From Balanoglossus misakiensis (Eukaryota; Animalia; Hemichordata): a DNA stretch of 64,000 nt. This document shows positions 15,358 through 29,000 of this stretch, piece after piece. A program made the translations under genes and the position numbers. The notes under the pieces were generated by a model, which was given only the letters and a program-made list of their open reading frames with translations, had not been told where the DNA came from and did not search any database. The stretch lies in contig CM082578.2 in the NCBI GenBank assembly GCA_040954595.2, positions 5,872,831 to 5,936,830 of the forward strand, given 5' to 3'. Every line of letters starts with the position of its first letter. Position 1 is the first letter of the stretch.

Positions 15358-15691
15358 ATGACAACGCAAATTCCGTCACTGACACTAAATAATGGCATCA
15401 ACATGCCGCAAGTTGGCCTTGGAACATTTCTGGTGAGTATATGTTTGTTCATACCATGCACTGTGTAGCATTTAGAAGCAAAGCGGACAAAATACGGCAA
15501 TGCAATGTTGCATGCGGAATGACCTTGAAACGATTTTAGCACATGTAGTATTTGTAGAAATGGTGGTATCCTTAAATGTTATAAGTGTTGGTTTTATGGC
15601 GGCTTAAAAGTGCAAAGGGGCACAGAAATGATTATGATATGGGTGTGTTGTTGTTGTTGTTGTTGACGTATTGCTACTGCTGTCGGTGTCG

Positions 15692-15733
<42 letters not shown>

Positions 15734-18700
15734 TTGCATATTAAAATTGATCATTAACTCGACTAATTTCTTGTTGAATGGAAAAACAGCGTACCACGAT
15801 AAATTCAATCCATTTTCGATTGACCTAAGTTTTCAAAATTCAACAACTGGCTAAGCAAATGATTGAACAGTCATTTTTGGGGGGCCGCTGTTTATCTGGT
15901 GGCTGCAGGTAGGAACATTGGAATGCTGGTAGTTATCCTTGGTACAGATAATAACATGTTAGTAAATGTTTCAGATGAAACCCGAAGAAACTGTAGAGGC
16001 TGTGAAGGCTGCGATAAACATCGGATATAGACACATCGATACTGCATACGTTTATCAAAATGAAGAACAGATTGGCCAAGCAATCCAAGAAGTTCTGGCA
16101 GAAGGTGTTGTCAAACGGGAAGACCTCTTTATTGTCACTAAGGTAGGTTGGCAGAGTATCAATTACAGACATGCGTACCAGGGAAATATCAATTCCATGG
16201 TGCGGTTTTGAGGAATTATTAGTATCAATTCAAACGCTGAGCTGGAAACAATCAACAGGACAGTGCTTTTTAAAATAGTCTTCACTCGTAACGGATCAAT
16301 GAGATGCCTTCGTGTTTTCACATTACTGAGTTTTCATTTGTTTATCTAACTTTACTATCGCCAGCTTTATGGTCAATTCTTATCCCCGGAGCATGTTCGG
16401 GAAGGTTTTGACCAATCATTGAAGATGCTGAAAGTTGACTACATTGACCTATATTTAATGCATACCCCATATGCACTCAAGGTACGTATAGGACTGATTT
16501 GAAATGTGTCTCCAGCCTGACTGTCGTTACCGCCTAACAGTCGAGGGAGACCTCCCCCAACTTGTAGCCTTACAAAGTGGTATTGTTATCCAACGATTAC
16601 GCTCTGCCTTTTACACTCATTTTAATCTGTCTTTGAACGGCGACTGCGAGATTTTATGTAAATATCACTACACGAACCTGACGCATTCTTCAGAATTTTA
16701 TCACTGACAGCCTTTTTTTTGTAATGCGACGCTTGACTGACACGACTTGTATATTCGATTTCTCCCAGTATGACAGGTCTACACTGTGGCCAAAAAATGA
16801 GAAGGGGGAATTCCTCACGGAGATAGTTGACTACGTGGACACATGGAAAGTAGGTATATTCTAAGACATTTAACCCTTTCATCGCCATGGCCAAGTCCAA
16901 CCATGGTATGTCATACCACGGTGACCGTGGTCATACCAATGTCTATATGTGACCCACATACAATGTATCAAGGACTTACTATTGGCAATTTCATGTGTGT
17001 GAGGAGAACGACTGAACGACTGACTCAACTGGCGTACGTTGAACCACTTTTGAAAGAAAGGTAAATGTTTGTACTTGCACACGTTCACCTGATTAGATTT
17101 GATAGGCGTTACTTTGATAGAAATAAATTTATCAAATATTGTTTTTCCTGATAGTCGTTGTGGGGACAGGAATAGCAGTATTGCATTTGCACAGAAGCAT
17201 TACTGATAGCAATGCGGGCCGGGGGATTGTGTGTTGTCTCAAATTTCTGCTTTATTTTACGGTTGATTTACTTTTATATTTGGTGATACATTTCAGCAAA
17301 AGAATACTTCCCCACCCCCGGACCCAGGTATACCTCGAGATATCGACCAGTTCCCGACATCTGTCGTGCACTGGAGTTGAACAGGTCAAAATCTGAAAAA
17401 AATGGAGTCAACCTGGCCCCCTTTACCGATAATAGAACCGGTCTACTGAGTGTTAGTGTTAACTGAAATTTAACATTAGCCTAATCCTTTTCTCTTTCTG
17501 TTACCAGATTACTGATATGATTATTCGCGGGGTCATTTATTTTTAAATGTTTGTGCAATGTTCTGCCTTCACATGATAGGAAATGGAAAAACTGGTGGAC
17601 GAAGGTCTGGTCAAGGCAATTGGGGTCTCTAACTTCAACTCCAAACAGATAGAACGAATTCTGCTCTCTGCCAAACACAAGCCTGTGGTCAACGAAGTAC
17701 GTATATTGAGATAGGTGCATGATTCGCTCTTCCACGAATTTACAATTGTCAATACACCCAGTTACAACTTGCCTTGTGTTTTATTTGCCTGGAGATACCT
17801 ATGATTTCATGATTACGTTTTATCTTGCAGATCGAAGTACATCCATATTTTGTGAGAAAAAAGCTGATCAAGTTCTGCCAATCGAATGGAATAGCTGTGA
17901 CGGCCTTCTGTTCATTAGGCGCACCTGCTCATCCAAAGTACAGCGTAACATACATACTCTATAGTATAAATACAAAGTAACTGATTTCACTTGGTATGCT
18001 TTGAGGCTTACTCGCCCAGGTTTGCCAGAATAGTCCGGCGAACCCAGAATGTCCACTCTCTGCTCCACACATTCAGCCACGTTTATAATATTCTGTTATT
18101 GCCCAAAATATATAATGTATAGCATAAGGTATGATATGAGTATGATTATTGTATAATGTGATATATTGATATGTACGGTATGGTGTATAGGCCTACATGT
18201 AGGAATAAGATGTATCGACTCCTTTATCTTTTGTGGACAGCTTAGTTGAAAACGTTCCCAAGTTTATGGATGACTCTGTGGTGAAAGCTATCGCTAAAAA
18301 GTACCAGAAATCGCCAGCACAAGTTCTTCTTCGATACTCAATCAACCTTGGATGTGTTGTCATACCCAAGAGTGTCAATCCTGACCACATGAAAGAAAAC
18401 ACTCAGGTATTTTGAAATGAATATCGGTTATGAGGTCATAAGAACTCTTCTCCGTCGAAGCTTCAGAAACAACCATCGTCGTCATCGTATTCGTTGTAGT
18501 ATAAAATATTCTCTCAGAGTAGAGATTAACCTGTAAAATATAACGTATGCTGTCGCAATTACTAGTACTATGTAATAAACACAAACCATCAATAGTGGAC
18601 AGAACCCCATTGCGTATATATACTCACAGCGCAATGGTAAAATCAGAAAGTCTGTTTCATCGTGTGTTTCCTTTGTAGTAAATTTGTAATGCCTCAACAT

Positions 18701-19566
18701 GCCCTCACTCACACGATCTTGGTGCATCAATACATTGGAGCAAAACACCGATTTTATCCCCCCCCCCTCCACCCCCCCCCCCCCCCCAAAAAAAGTTATA
18801 GCAGGGCAGACCAGATAATCATTCTTGATCATTCTATCCGCAGATATTTGATTTTGAACTGGACCAAGAAGACATGGCAACCTTAGAGAAACACAATCGT
18901 GGCAAGCCCATTTCTAGGTATTGGCAAAGGTAGGTACGATTTGACAGTAATTATATACCATCTCAGGTATCGTGTCAAAGTCCATTTTAGTGATTTAAAA
19001 AAAAAAATTATCTGGATGAAATTGTTGAGGAGTTTATCGCCTCACTTTCATAACCCATGCAGTGAAACAACATAAGTAGTTAACGTATTACAAGTGAATT
19101 CCCCATGTTACAATGTCAATCGAACGATGCCAGAACCATGGCTCTTCGTGCGGCCACGAGCGATTATGTTTCATGGATGTCGCAATACACTATCAATATA
19201 TAATACGTTTTAACTACATTAAAACATCCCTTATGTATATCACCTGGCAGCCAGGTTGGGTCCAAACCTTACACATGTCCAAACAATGGTTATAGAAGCA
19301 TGATACAAATGCATTTTAATTTCTTATCGAATGACGTATTGTACCCACTGGCAATATACATGTATGTTTCATGGATATGTCAGGCGCTTGGTGTCAATAA
19401 CAAAGTTCAGAAATTTAAGTTTTAAGAGATTGGAACTCGACCACGCCGATTCGCGTAGCCGAATAGTCAACACGCAAGCAATACAGCGAAATCCCACACA
19501 GATATACCTAACCCTAATCTTTACAGGTTTAAGGACCACCCTCACTACCCGTTCAATGAAGAGTGA
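15358..19566 (+). CDS. Aldo-keto reductase family 1-like (AKR1A/1B-like), copy 1, 318 aa; exons 15358-15432, 15975-16142, 16365-16481, 16769-16849, 17580-17696, 17831-17937, 18241-18406, 18844-18929, 19527-19566
   Basis: All junctions GT-AG and in phase (957 nt). Motifs LNNGxxMPxVGLGT, [58 protein letters not shown]; catalytic D/Y/K/H tetrad present. AATAAA at 19624. Confidence 0.95.
15690..15731. repeat. (TTG)n microsatellite in AKR intron 1
   Basis: Visible run; shorter counterpart at 34606-34634 in copy 2. Confidence 0.9.
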
Positions 19567-21599
19567 TGTCCTTTGCGGCCGGCGATGGCTACGATAAAAG
19601 TGTACCCCATCTAATCTATGTAAAATAAACTATTGGAGAGAAGACAATCGTAGGCTAGATTAAGTGGTGACATGTGCAGTCCAGCAATTCCTGTTAAGGC
19701 CACGTCTCAACTATTCCTCAAAACAGCTTACCTGTCATTCCTTGTTTCTTGAATTAACCCCTAAATTGACAATACACCATTTGATCAAGGCAATAGCTGT
19801 AAAAAGTATCTGCAATTCGTGTTTCAAATGTTAAAGTACCAGCTCTTCGAGAGGTGTTTAAATCACGCATGCTCAGTTAATGTAACATGACCAACTTTCA
19901 GCCAACCAGGGAAGGCCACCGTCCGCCCCCTGGCTCAGTACTTTCACAGGCGGCACTGCTCGCACACGCTGCTTTCAATTTGTCATAGCATGGCAGTTTG
20001 CTTTTACAGTTAGGTATCGGTTTAAAAGAACATAATAGTCACCGAGAGACGGCGTGGTAGTGATGGATAATCTCAGCGTCGACGTGGCTGCGACTGGCGA
20101 AGAAAAAAGAGCGCCACCATATGTTCTTAACAACACTCAGACACACAATTTTAGCCAGGTAGACGTGTCCAAGTCTATGGGCTTGATTATTTCAAAAATA
20201 AAAACATTTCAGAAAATGTTGTTCCGAGTCTCTCCTTGTAGCATGTGTGGAGTTAAGGCAGCAAGTGTGAGCGCGTATGTCATTGGACCATCGGCTCAGT
20301 TCCGCATTCGATATTCGGCACTGTACCAGAAACTCACTCAAAGCAAGCAAAACCACGAAAAGTATTGAGACTATAGAATCTTTATAACGGAAAAAAGCAA
20401 GAAGTCACGTCAGCGCTAGAAGGGGTAGAATCGTAAAGAAAAAACTGGTAGACAACAAAACCTATTTAGTTTCTATCATATTCATATTTATTTACTTTTC
20501 TCTAAATTTAATCTACGACAAATGTACCAAATTAAGCAAATTTACTTAATGTTAAATAACTGAATCCCTATGATCATTTGAAACACTATACTGTCTTCAG
20601 GTGAATCGTGGTATTATTTTGCTATTTTTTACACAAGAACACACCTTAACTAGAAAAAACGCTGATACCGAATAATACAGCAGCTACATGTAGTTATTGT
20701 CTACAAATTGGCAAATGCTATGTAATTAATATATACTTTGGGAATAGAATGAGCTAAACGTGCGAGTTTGTGGTTCATAGTAAAACCATGTAAGTTGACT
20801 GTCAGAGTGTACAATTTCGACTGTATAATTAGCTTTTCTGCAGTTTATACTCAAAATGGTAAACTCAAACTAACACATTGCCAGGATGTAAAGCTCATAT
20901 TTGGTGGTGGGGGAGTAGGCTATTGAGTTTGCATTATTAGTATTTCATCCATAATCTAGACTTAGAAATGCAAGTGTGGCCCCTTGCATATAACATTTCC
21001 TATACGAGGCATATGGGGACAAATTCAGACGTAAGTTCCAATGATTCCACCTTTCAGTAAATACAGATGTTTATTAAATGATAGCTTAACGTCTAACTCG
21101 AAAACAAAAACAACCCGTAATACAATCCACATAGGTACATGTACTTCTGGCTGCCTTAAATAGGTTTTCACTTTGTGCTGGGGGTCAAATCATATTATAA
21201 TAATTGCATTCTGGGTAAAACGACGACAACTCTGTAGTTAGAAATAGAAGAAATAATATGTTGACTGTATTTCATGACTTCCCTTCGTCAAAAATGTCTG
21301 CCGTTGTAGTTAGCATATTGCACATTTTATTCTGTTATAAAGTTTTAAAATGACCGGTTATCACTCTAGCTTATGAGCTTCAATCTCTTAAACATGGCAA
21401 AACTCGGTCAACTCGAAATTGTGTCGATCATTTATTCAAAGCAGCTACAAAAGTGGACTCCCTCACGGCCCCGGCCTCTCGCCGCCCACGCAGACTTAAA
21501 TTGTCTGGTTGAATGTGCGCCCTCGCAGGCCGAGCGTAAGTTGTAGCGAACCGCGCGGGTTATGGATACCGATCACTCATATTCGTCACGCACGTACAC

Positions 21600-21679
21600 A
21601 ATGCCACGTGATTGGTTTCGTCACGGGACCAATAATACAAGGCGCACGGTATAATATAAGGTGCTAGTAACAGGTAAGT
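21600..21679 (+). promoter_or_regulatory. Probable promoter and short non-coding first exon of the ARM-NHR-cGLR gene
   Basis: CpG-rich patch at 21460-21650, CACGTG 21605, ATTGG 21611 and CCAAT 21629, TATAATATAAG 21649, then consensus donor CAG|GTAAGT at 21674. Confidence 0.5.
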
Positions 21680-22339
21680 ACACTGTATGCCTGCCTTACT
21701 CCATAAGTTTAAATTTACTTGTTGCATGACTCCAAAGCTAATACGAATGACAATGGTGTATTGTGTTTTCCCCGATGGCCTTTTTCACCCACGGTGTTTT
21801 TTGAATTAATACACTTGCTATTTAGAAATAATTTCTCTTTCACTTTCGATTTAGCTTAATACGCAAGGAGTACCTCATTCACCACCAAACCAGAAACATA
21901 CAGGACGAGCTGATGTACGTACATGTAAAGCCTGTTTGTTTTGAAATATCGGTCAGTTTAATGTCTTGTTATTCGCCCGTCTTTTCGTGTTTATATGTCT
22001 CGTTGACAACGTTACACGGTATGTGCATATAAGCACCAGGAGGGGTGAAGTCCATTATATTCGCTGACGACGATGTGTTTAGATATGATTCATACATACC
22101 TGTGTATCCATGACCAGCAGCGTATACAATGCGCATGCGTGCATACCCATTGTTGCATTGCCTTCTTAGTACACGAACCTGGACAGATCTCTAACAATAA
22201 TAGGATCGTTATCGCTAGCTGTCAAAATGAAACACCAAGGCAAAAATATTCATGCGTTCTTGCACTATATATCGTGAAGACACTGTGCAAAAGGTTAATA
22301 TTCGATGTGCGCTCTAGATAGAGTGCACGTGGCACCATT

Positions 22340-22760
22340 AATAATAATAATAAAGCGCCATGCATCAACCGATATGTTCAAACACGCTGAACAAAATGAT
22401 AAAAACAACCAAATAAAGCAAAAAGTTCAAAACTAAAAGAAGACAATGCTATAAAAAACTATAGAAAGAGAACATCTTTTAAAAAACAATACACATACTC
22501 AAAAAGGTGGGTTTTAATGGATTTTGACATGAAAAAAACGAGAGACTTTGTCCTTTTAAGTTTGGATATAAGAAGACGTCACAGTTGTACATTTCGAATC
22601 TGTGGTGCAACATGAGAAAATTCTAGATCACCAAATGATTTCAGTCGAGTTGGCACTTCAGTAATACGGCACTTTCGGGCAGACAAATGATTCCTCAGTG
22701 CAATGGTCACGTGACACTAGTGTCCGTAATGTGTAGATCAACGTACATTCTAGTTGTAAT
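22340..22760 (-). mobile_element. 3' end of CR1/L2-type LINE, degenerate
   Basis: Minus strand reads VPTRLKSFGDLEFSHVAPQIRN and ..KTHLF (cf. the CR1/L2 ORF2 end GDRAFSVAAPxLWN..LKTHLF), followed by a (TTA)n tail. Confidence 0.55.
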
Positions 22761-22884
22761 TTTGTTTTGTTGTTTTTGTTTTGCCACTATAACCATTCAA
22801 CAATTCTGCTGTTGTTGTTTTAATTGCTGGTGTTGTTTTATCCCCCAAATAGCAGTTTGGAAAGAATCTTGTACTAGCACCGCG

Positions 22885-25800
22885 ATGGCTAATGAAGGCA
22901 GAGACATTGTAGACGAATTCGAAGCTGAGGTGAAGAAAATGCACCTCGATGTTTATTCAACAAACCAAGCCAAGGTATTGTTAACAAATCCAAACATTTT
23001 TAACGAGATACTAAAGATAAGTAGTCAAAGCTGTGATTATGCAAGTCTGGGTATTACTTTGACCAATTACATGCTTTATATCCACGCTCCATTTGTTTGT
23101 TTGTTTGTGTTTTAGGCACGGTGGTTTTTGGTGGACATATCGCTAAGCATCTTGCACAACCTGGCGAAAGCAACTACCAGTTGGGAAAAATTTAAGGGCT
23201 CTGACACTAGACGAATATTGGACATTTATAAAGGCGCGGATTCGAAATTGCGAAGACTGCTGTCTTGCCTGGTCTTGAGTTACGTCATTGACCCAGAAAC
23301 GGAAATTGAAATGATCAAAGATGATTCAGGTAAAATCGCTATCCGAGACGTGTATCACGGCCATGAAACAATATCCAGTGGCTGCCATTTCAACATTCAA
23401 GATGTTTTATCGACAAAAATGTATTTTGAAGTATCCATGCATCGGCATCGACTGCCAGAATACATGCACACCAATTGCGACTTTTGCAGACGCAATATGT
23501 TCACTGTCGTTACACCAGAAAAATATATGTAAAACTGAAATGTGCCATCCCGACTTAACACTGACGTAATTGCAATGCGAAACTGATGTCTGCCGCATCT
23601 TTGTAACAAAATCGAAATTGTTAAAATAATTCCAAATGTTCCGAGGAACATTTTTTTCTTCTTGACCTTAATAATAAAATATCATAAGTTGTTTATGAAA
23701 TTAAACTAAAATAACAGAACTGTCAAAAAGTTAACGACTTTGCTTGAAGACTCAAGCATGCATAAGAGTAATTATTCAATTAGATGAGTCAAGACATTTA
23801 AATCATAAAATCAACTTCATTCTAATCTCCTTGTTTTAAACAGATATCATAGATCAGATATTGGAGATGTTGAAATCGGAAAAGGCAAGAACGGGGTATT
23901 CCTTGCAGGAATTGCTTGAAGGACTGGAAAACTTGACATTACATCCACAAAACAAAGAAAAGGTAATAGCATTATTATATGCAAATATACAAAATACCTG
24001 TTTCAATAACAAATTCTGAGCACAGCACATTCCACTAGCATGATTACAATATAAATAGTCACAACGTGTAACTACTATATACATGTATACATGTATATTC
24101 ATCATCGCAAACATGTGATTTTTACTTTTATAGTTGATTTATAGACAGTAGAGGGGGGAAGTTGATTTTATGATTTAAATTTGTTCTAATCAATCTAGAT
24201 ATTGTCCGAAGGAGTGCCCGTTTTGTTGGATCTGTATGATGCATTCAAGGATGACGATAAATTTCTCGTCCTTGGCACGCTAGCAAAGCTTGGCTTATTT
24301 CTCGAAGCAGACGGAAAAACTAGTGCAGGTGACAATAACCAAGGTAACACTAACATTAACTCCTACATTGTCTGGTCTAGAGTTTGTTAGACTGTGGGCA
24401 TGCAAAACTACTTTTCTAATTCTTTGTCCGACTTGACGGGACCTATATACCATTCTCTATTTTCGACCATAGTTTGGTATCAAACGCACTCTATGGTCAG
24501 AATGGATACTTTTGCCCAACACCAAGCCAATTACTCAAGAGTGGGCGTTTCAGAGACCATCTGAGATTCCATGTGCTAACTTTCCAAGGAAAACCCAAAG
24601 CAGCGCCTAATGAGGCGTCACCTTACTAAGCATTTTCATCGAAAGTTCCCGGAAACTAGGTGTCTGTAAGATTAGTGGAATGAACATTGGGCACTATAGG
24701 GCTTAAAATCTACTGATGTTCTTATATCAATAGTTGGTTGGATATTAGGACTGGTATATCCCTTTCCTGCTATGAACTATATTTAGCTTATTACATCTCA
24801 TGCTGTATTCCGTACTCTTGATTGGCTGAGACTGAACCACGTGAAATAGGTAAAAACGTGACATTGCATGGTTGACAGAATCCATGGCCCGTCGTGAGGG
24901 GATATGGTCCGCTGGGGATTCTGCACAGTCACGAAAAATTGTCGTTTGGAAGAGTCCACCATCTCTCGCATCTGTGGCTTTAACTAGCGTAAACATCCGT
25001 CCATTTCTGATTTTGTTTATACTAGAGCTAGAAAAGGACCTACAGGAGGATATTATGTTTGTGGAAAGCTTGCTTGCCAGTCTTGAGGAGTTTGACACAT
25101 GCAATTCATCTGACGTGCAGGACGTCATGAAAGCCCTGGTCGAAGCTGTATCAAAGCATTGTCGGGTGAATAGGCGATTCATCGTTGACAAAGCTGTCAC
25201 CAAAAACATCGCAGGTGAGGCATGGAGTCTAGCTGTGGCATTACATGATGGTCGATAGGAGACTTTACTTACTAACGGTTTGTCTAATGACTGGATTTTT
25301 TGCTCATTGGAAGAAACTTACGGAAGAATCATGCAGTTGAAGTTGGTGTGAAAAGCAAAACGTTTGCTGTTAGTCATGAGAGCATGCACCATGTCCGAAA
25401 TTATTTTAACAATATGCCGGGAGGTTTTTAGCCGAGAGTCAGTATCAAAGTATCTAGCACTTCTCAATCACATCTCAAAAACTAAAGATCAGAGAAAGTC
25501 TTCAAAACGATACCAGTGACCAGATTTATGAAATTTAAAAATCCATCTGAAGACATTAAAACGCAACAAATAACGCGCCCATTGTCCCTCCAACGACAGA
25601 TTTGGAAAACGCATAATGTTGCATCTCTTTTCTTGTATAACTTTAGAATCTTTGATGACTTTCTTCACGAAACTCTACAACGACGGTGATACCACCTTGT
25701 ACGAGAATGGTGACAAATTTGGCGCATTGCACGCGTCTGCAATACTGCTTTTGAACTACAGTGATGTCAGTGTTTCATTTGCCGATGCCATGGCAAATGC

Positions 25801-26056
25801 AGGATTGGTGTCCTTTCTGCTAGACATATGCGATAGACACCATTGTCACCTTGTACAAATGGTAAGGATCGAATGTTATATCTCATACAATTTATTACCA
25901 TACATCTCCAGTTGATTTATATTAACGTTATGATTCGTATGTATGTATGTATGTATGTATGTATGTATGTATGTATGTATGTATGTATGTATGTATGTAT
26001 GTATGTATGTATGTATGTATGTATGTATGTATGTATGTATGTATGTATGTACGAAG

Positions 26057-26093
<37 letters not shown>

Positions 26094-29000
26094 GTTTTCA
26101 CTTGTTTTTCATTTATGATTATCCGTCTCATTTGTTTCTTTCTCATGCACAGCGAGATCGACTAAAAGACATTGAAAGGATGCTGCGAGGAAAAGTACCG
26201 GAGCACTTAGAGAACTTAGTCGAAGATGGTAATGGTGAAGTAGCTTGCAGAGAAAATGTGGCAGATTCAGATTTAGAAGAAACAGAGGTATGTGGAGAAA
26301 CGAGTTTTCGTTGTTTTTATTGTCTCGTTTATTTTGGGGGAACGGGTCTTTTCCCCCACTGTTATTATATAAGATAAAACTTTGGGTGTAATATTTTGAC
26401 AGGAGATATCTGCTGATAACATGGACAGCACAAGTGAGCGATTTCGTTTCAAGCCAATGGGTATTCGCGCTGGCATTAAACATGGCGGAAAGGTGGCCTA
26501 CAGAATGGACGCGGAAATCGACTCATTTAACAACAAAGCTGTATTCGTGACTGACAAGCCGCTACAAGATAACCAGATGTTTGAAATAAAAATAGACAAG
26601 TTTAACCAGAAGTTAGCGAATTCTCTTGCAATGGGTAAGTTATCGCAGAAATTCATGAGAGACGGAGATGTTCTTGTCTTGTATTAATTTTAAAGTAAAA
26701 CAAATCGAGGGCTGGTCGACAGAAATAAAGCCCATGCATAGAAATGACAAACCATCGCTTGAATAATTTCGATTATTATGGGAATTGCAAACTCATCAAC
26801 TGTGGGTAAAGTATTGAACAGTTTAGGTACATTTAAAAAAGTTAAGACGCTGATATCGTTGCCAAAGTGTCATTCCAATATTTTTTATTCATTTCACATT
26901 TTCAGGTGCAAGTATATATTCAGAATTTCCTCGCGATGTTGTGTACTTTGGCGATGGGCATGGCATAGGAACGGGGTTTTGGATTCTTCGGTAATTACTT
27001 AATGTTCGTTTGACATCACTGAGTTGTTATGGTTACTATAGTCCCTTTACTTTGAGTATATTTAATTGGTCTTGAGAATATACATCATTTATTTTATTTT
27101 TATATTTATTTCATTTTATGATCAGTCTGATAGATCCATAGCGAGCGACAATTGTGTCGACTGGCCCTTTCATATGTTGATGACATCAAGGAAAACAGAC
27201 AGACAGACATGTAAGCAGGCAGACAAACAAACAGACGAAACCATGAAACAAACGCTTTCACGTAAGCTCCCCGTTGGACGACACAGCTGCACCGTGTTTT
27301 ATCAATATTAATGCCCACAATCGCAATCCAATTCACCTTTTCAACAGAGTATATGAAGCAAGATTTCAATTATCTCATCTTCTCTTTCTCTAGGAGTGGC
27401 GAATTCTGGCGAGATTTCATCCACAGTGGGAGTTCATACTCATTAAATTTCGAGACTGTTGGAAAGGATGATCGTATTGGCATAGCAAGGCGCCCTAACG
27501 GAACACTTCATTTTTTCCTTAACGGGGAACACAAAGGAGTGGCTTTTAAAAGTGTGCCTGAGTGTAAGTATTCATCCTATTTCTGAACCTTCAAAGGGTG
27601 GGTGTCGTCCACTCTGCGGCTGCGCGAATGGGTCTTACATGACAGTGTGCATGTAACTGCTACAATGTACATCAAGGCAAACAATGTGGTTGTTACTTTG
27701 TAGTACACTGTGCATATCATGGCATTACTCCCGAATAGGTTGGAAGGGTCTCCCTAAACATTTGGAACAATGGTGAGAGTGTGCTCCTAAAAAAGTTAAA
27801 TAAAGCAGAATTGTAATAGCATAGGCATAGGTGCACGCCATTTTTCGAGAGCCGTATAATTCTGTGAATTAAACTTCGGCCGTGGCATCGTTCATATTTC
27901 CACCCCATAGATAAGTTTATTGTGTTTATTGTTAAGGTTTTCTTTTATTCGATTTTTTGTTTACACTTTAGGTGTGTATCCTGTTGTGGCAGTGACGGGC
28001 AAATGTTTACAAGTCTCAATTGTGGATAACCCAAGCCCTATGGAAATTTCATCGGAAACAGAGGACAAAACACTGAAACCGATTGGTATGTTTAATGTTG
28101 TAGATGGTGCTGCAATAAACAATGTTAATACAGTGCAAGAATAGACCCAAACACAATACATTACAATATAACGTAGCGATACAGCACCATTTTTTGAATA
28201 TAAAATGAAAAATACAATAAAATCCAACGCAATACACTGCAATGTGACAATCATCTGCATATTTATAATGAGAAGCTATTGATAAGAAAAACATCTAAAA
28301 TATACCACAGGTTATCTTTTCACCAGTTTTGCATGCTTTGGTCACCATGGCAAATGAAAATGCTAAACTGGTCATTTTGTCCTCTATAGAACATTTTTTT
28401 GTGGACGCCGCATTTGGTGGCATGCAAACATTCAGACGAAGTCGAGCTCCACACGGAATGGACTTTGAATACGAGCCTGGACCAAAACCAGAGAAAGAAG
28501 ATGATTCTGTGAAAAAAATGAGGGATGGTAAGTAATCTTGAGCTAAAAAGAGTAATTATCCAATCGTTTTTAAATGATAGTTCAATATTTTTTATTCTAA
28601 TTGCTTATGCATATCAAGGCAATAAGTCAATGCACCCTTTTCATAATCTAGCGCCCTCACACAGTCATCATGAATTGGAACTCATGGAGGCCAACGAGGA
28701 AACTTCCTTGATGTGATTGGTCAACTTTTCCCCATTAGTCTCGCTTTGAGTTCATATTCATATAATGGTTGCCCTATACTTATATCAGTCTATCACATAC
28801 AATATCAACCAACACACATATTCAAGTTTTACTGACTACGTAAAGTGAAGGGGTTGTCCCGCCGCGTTTGTCTGTTTATAAACATTACAATTCATCCACA
28901 AATCCCCGAAATTAGATAATTCTTAGAATGAACGAAGCAGCCCACCGTAGCGTAAACTGGGCATGACAGAAACTGAAGATTCTAGTAGGTCGTGGCGACT

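Noticed and set aside
19331-19597. 88-aa ORF identical to 37988-38254, suggesting a conserved micro-protein
   Set aside because: Spans the AKR last intron and exon out of frame; identity extends to flanking non-coding DNA, so conversion or duplication explains it
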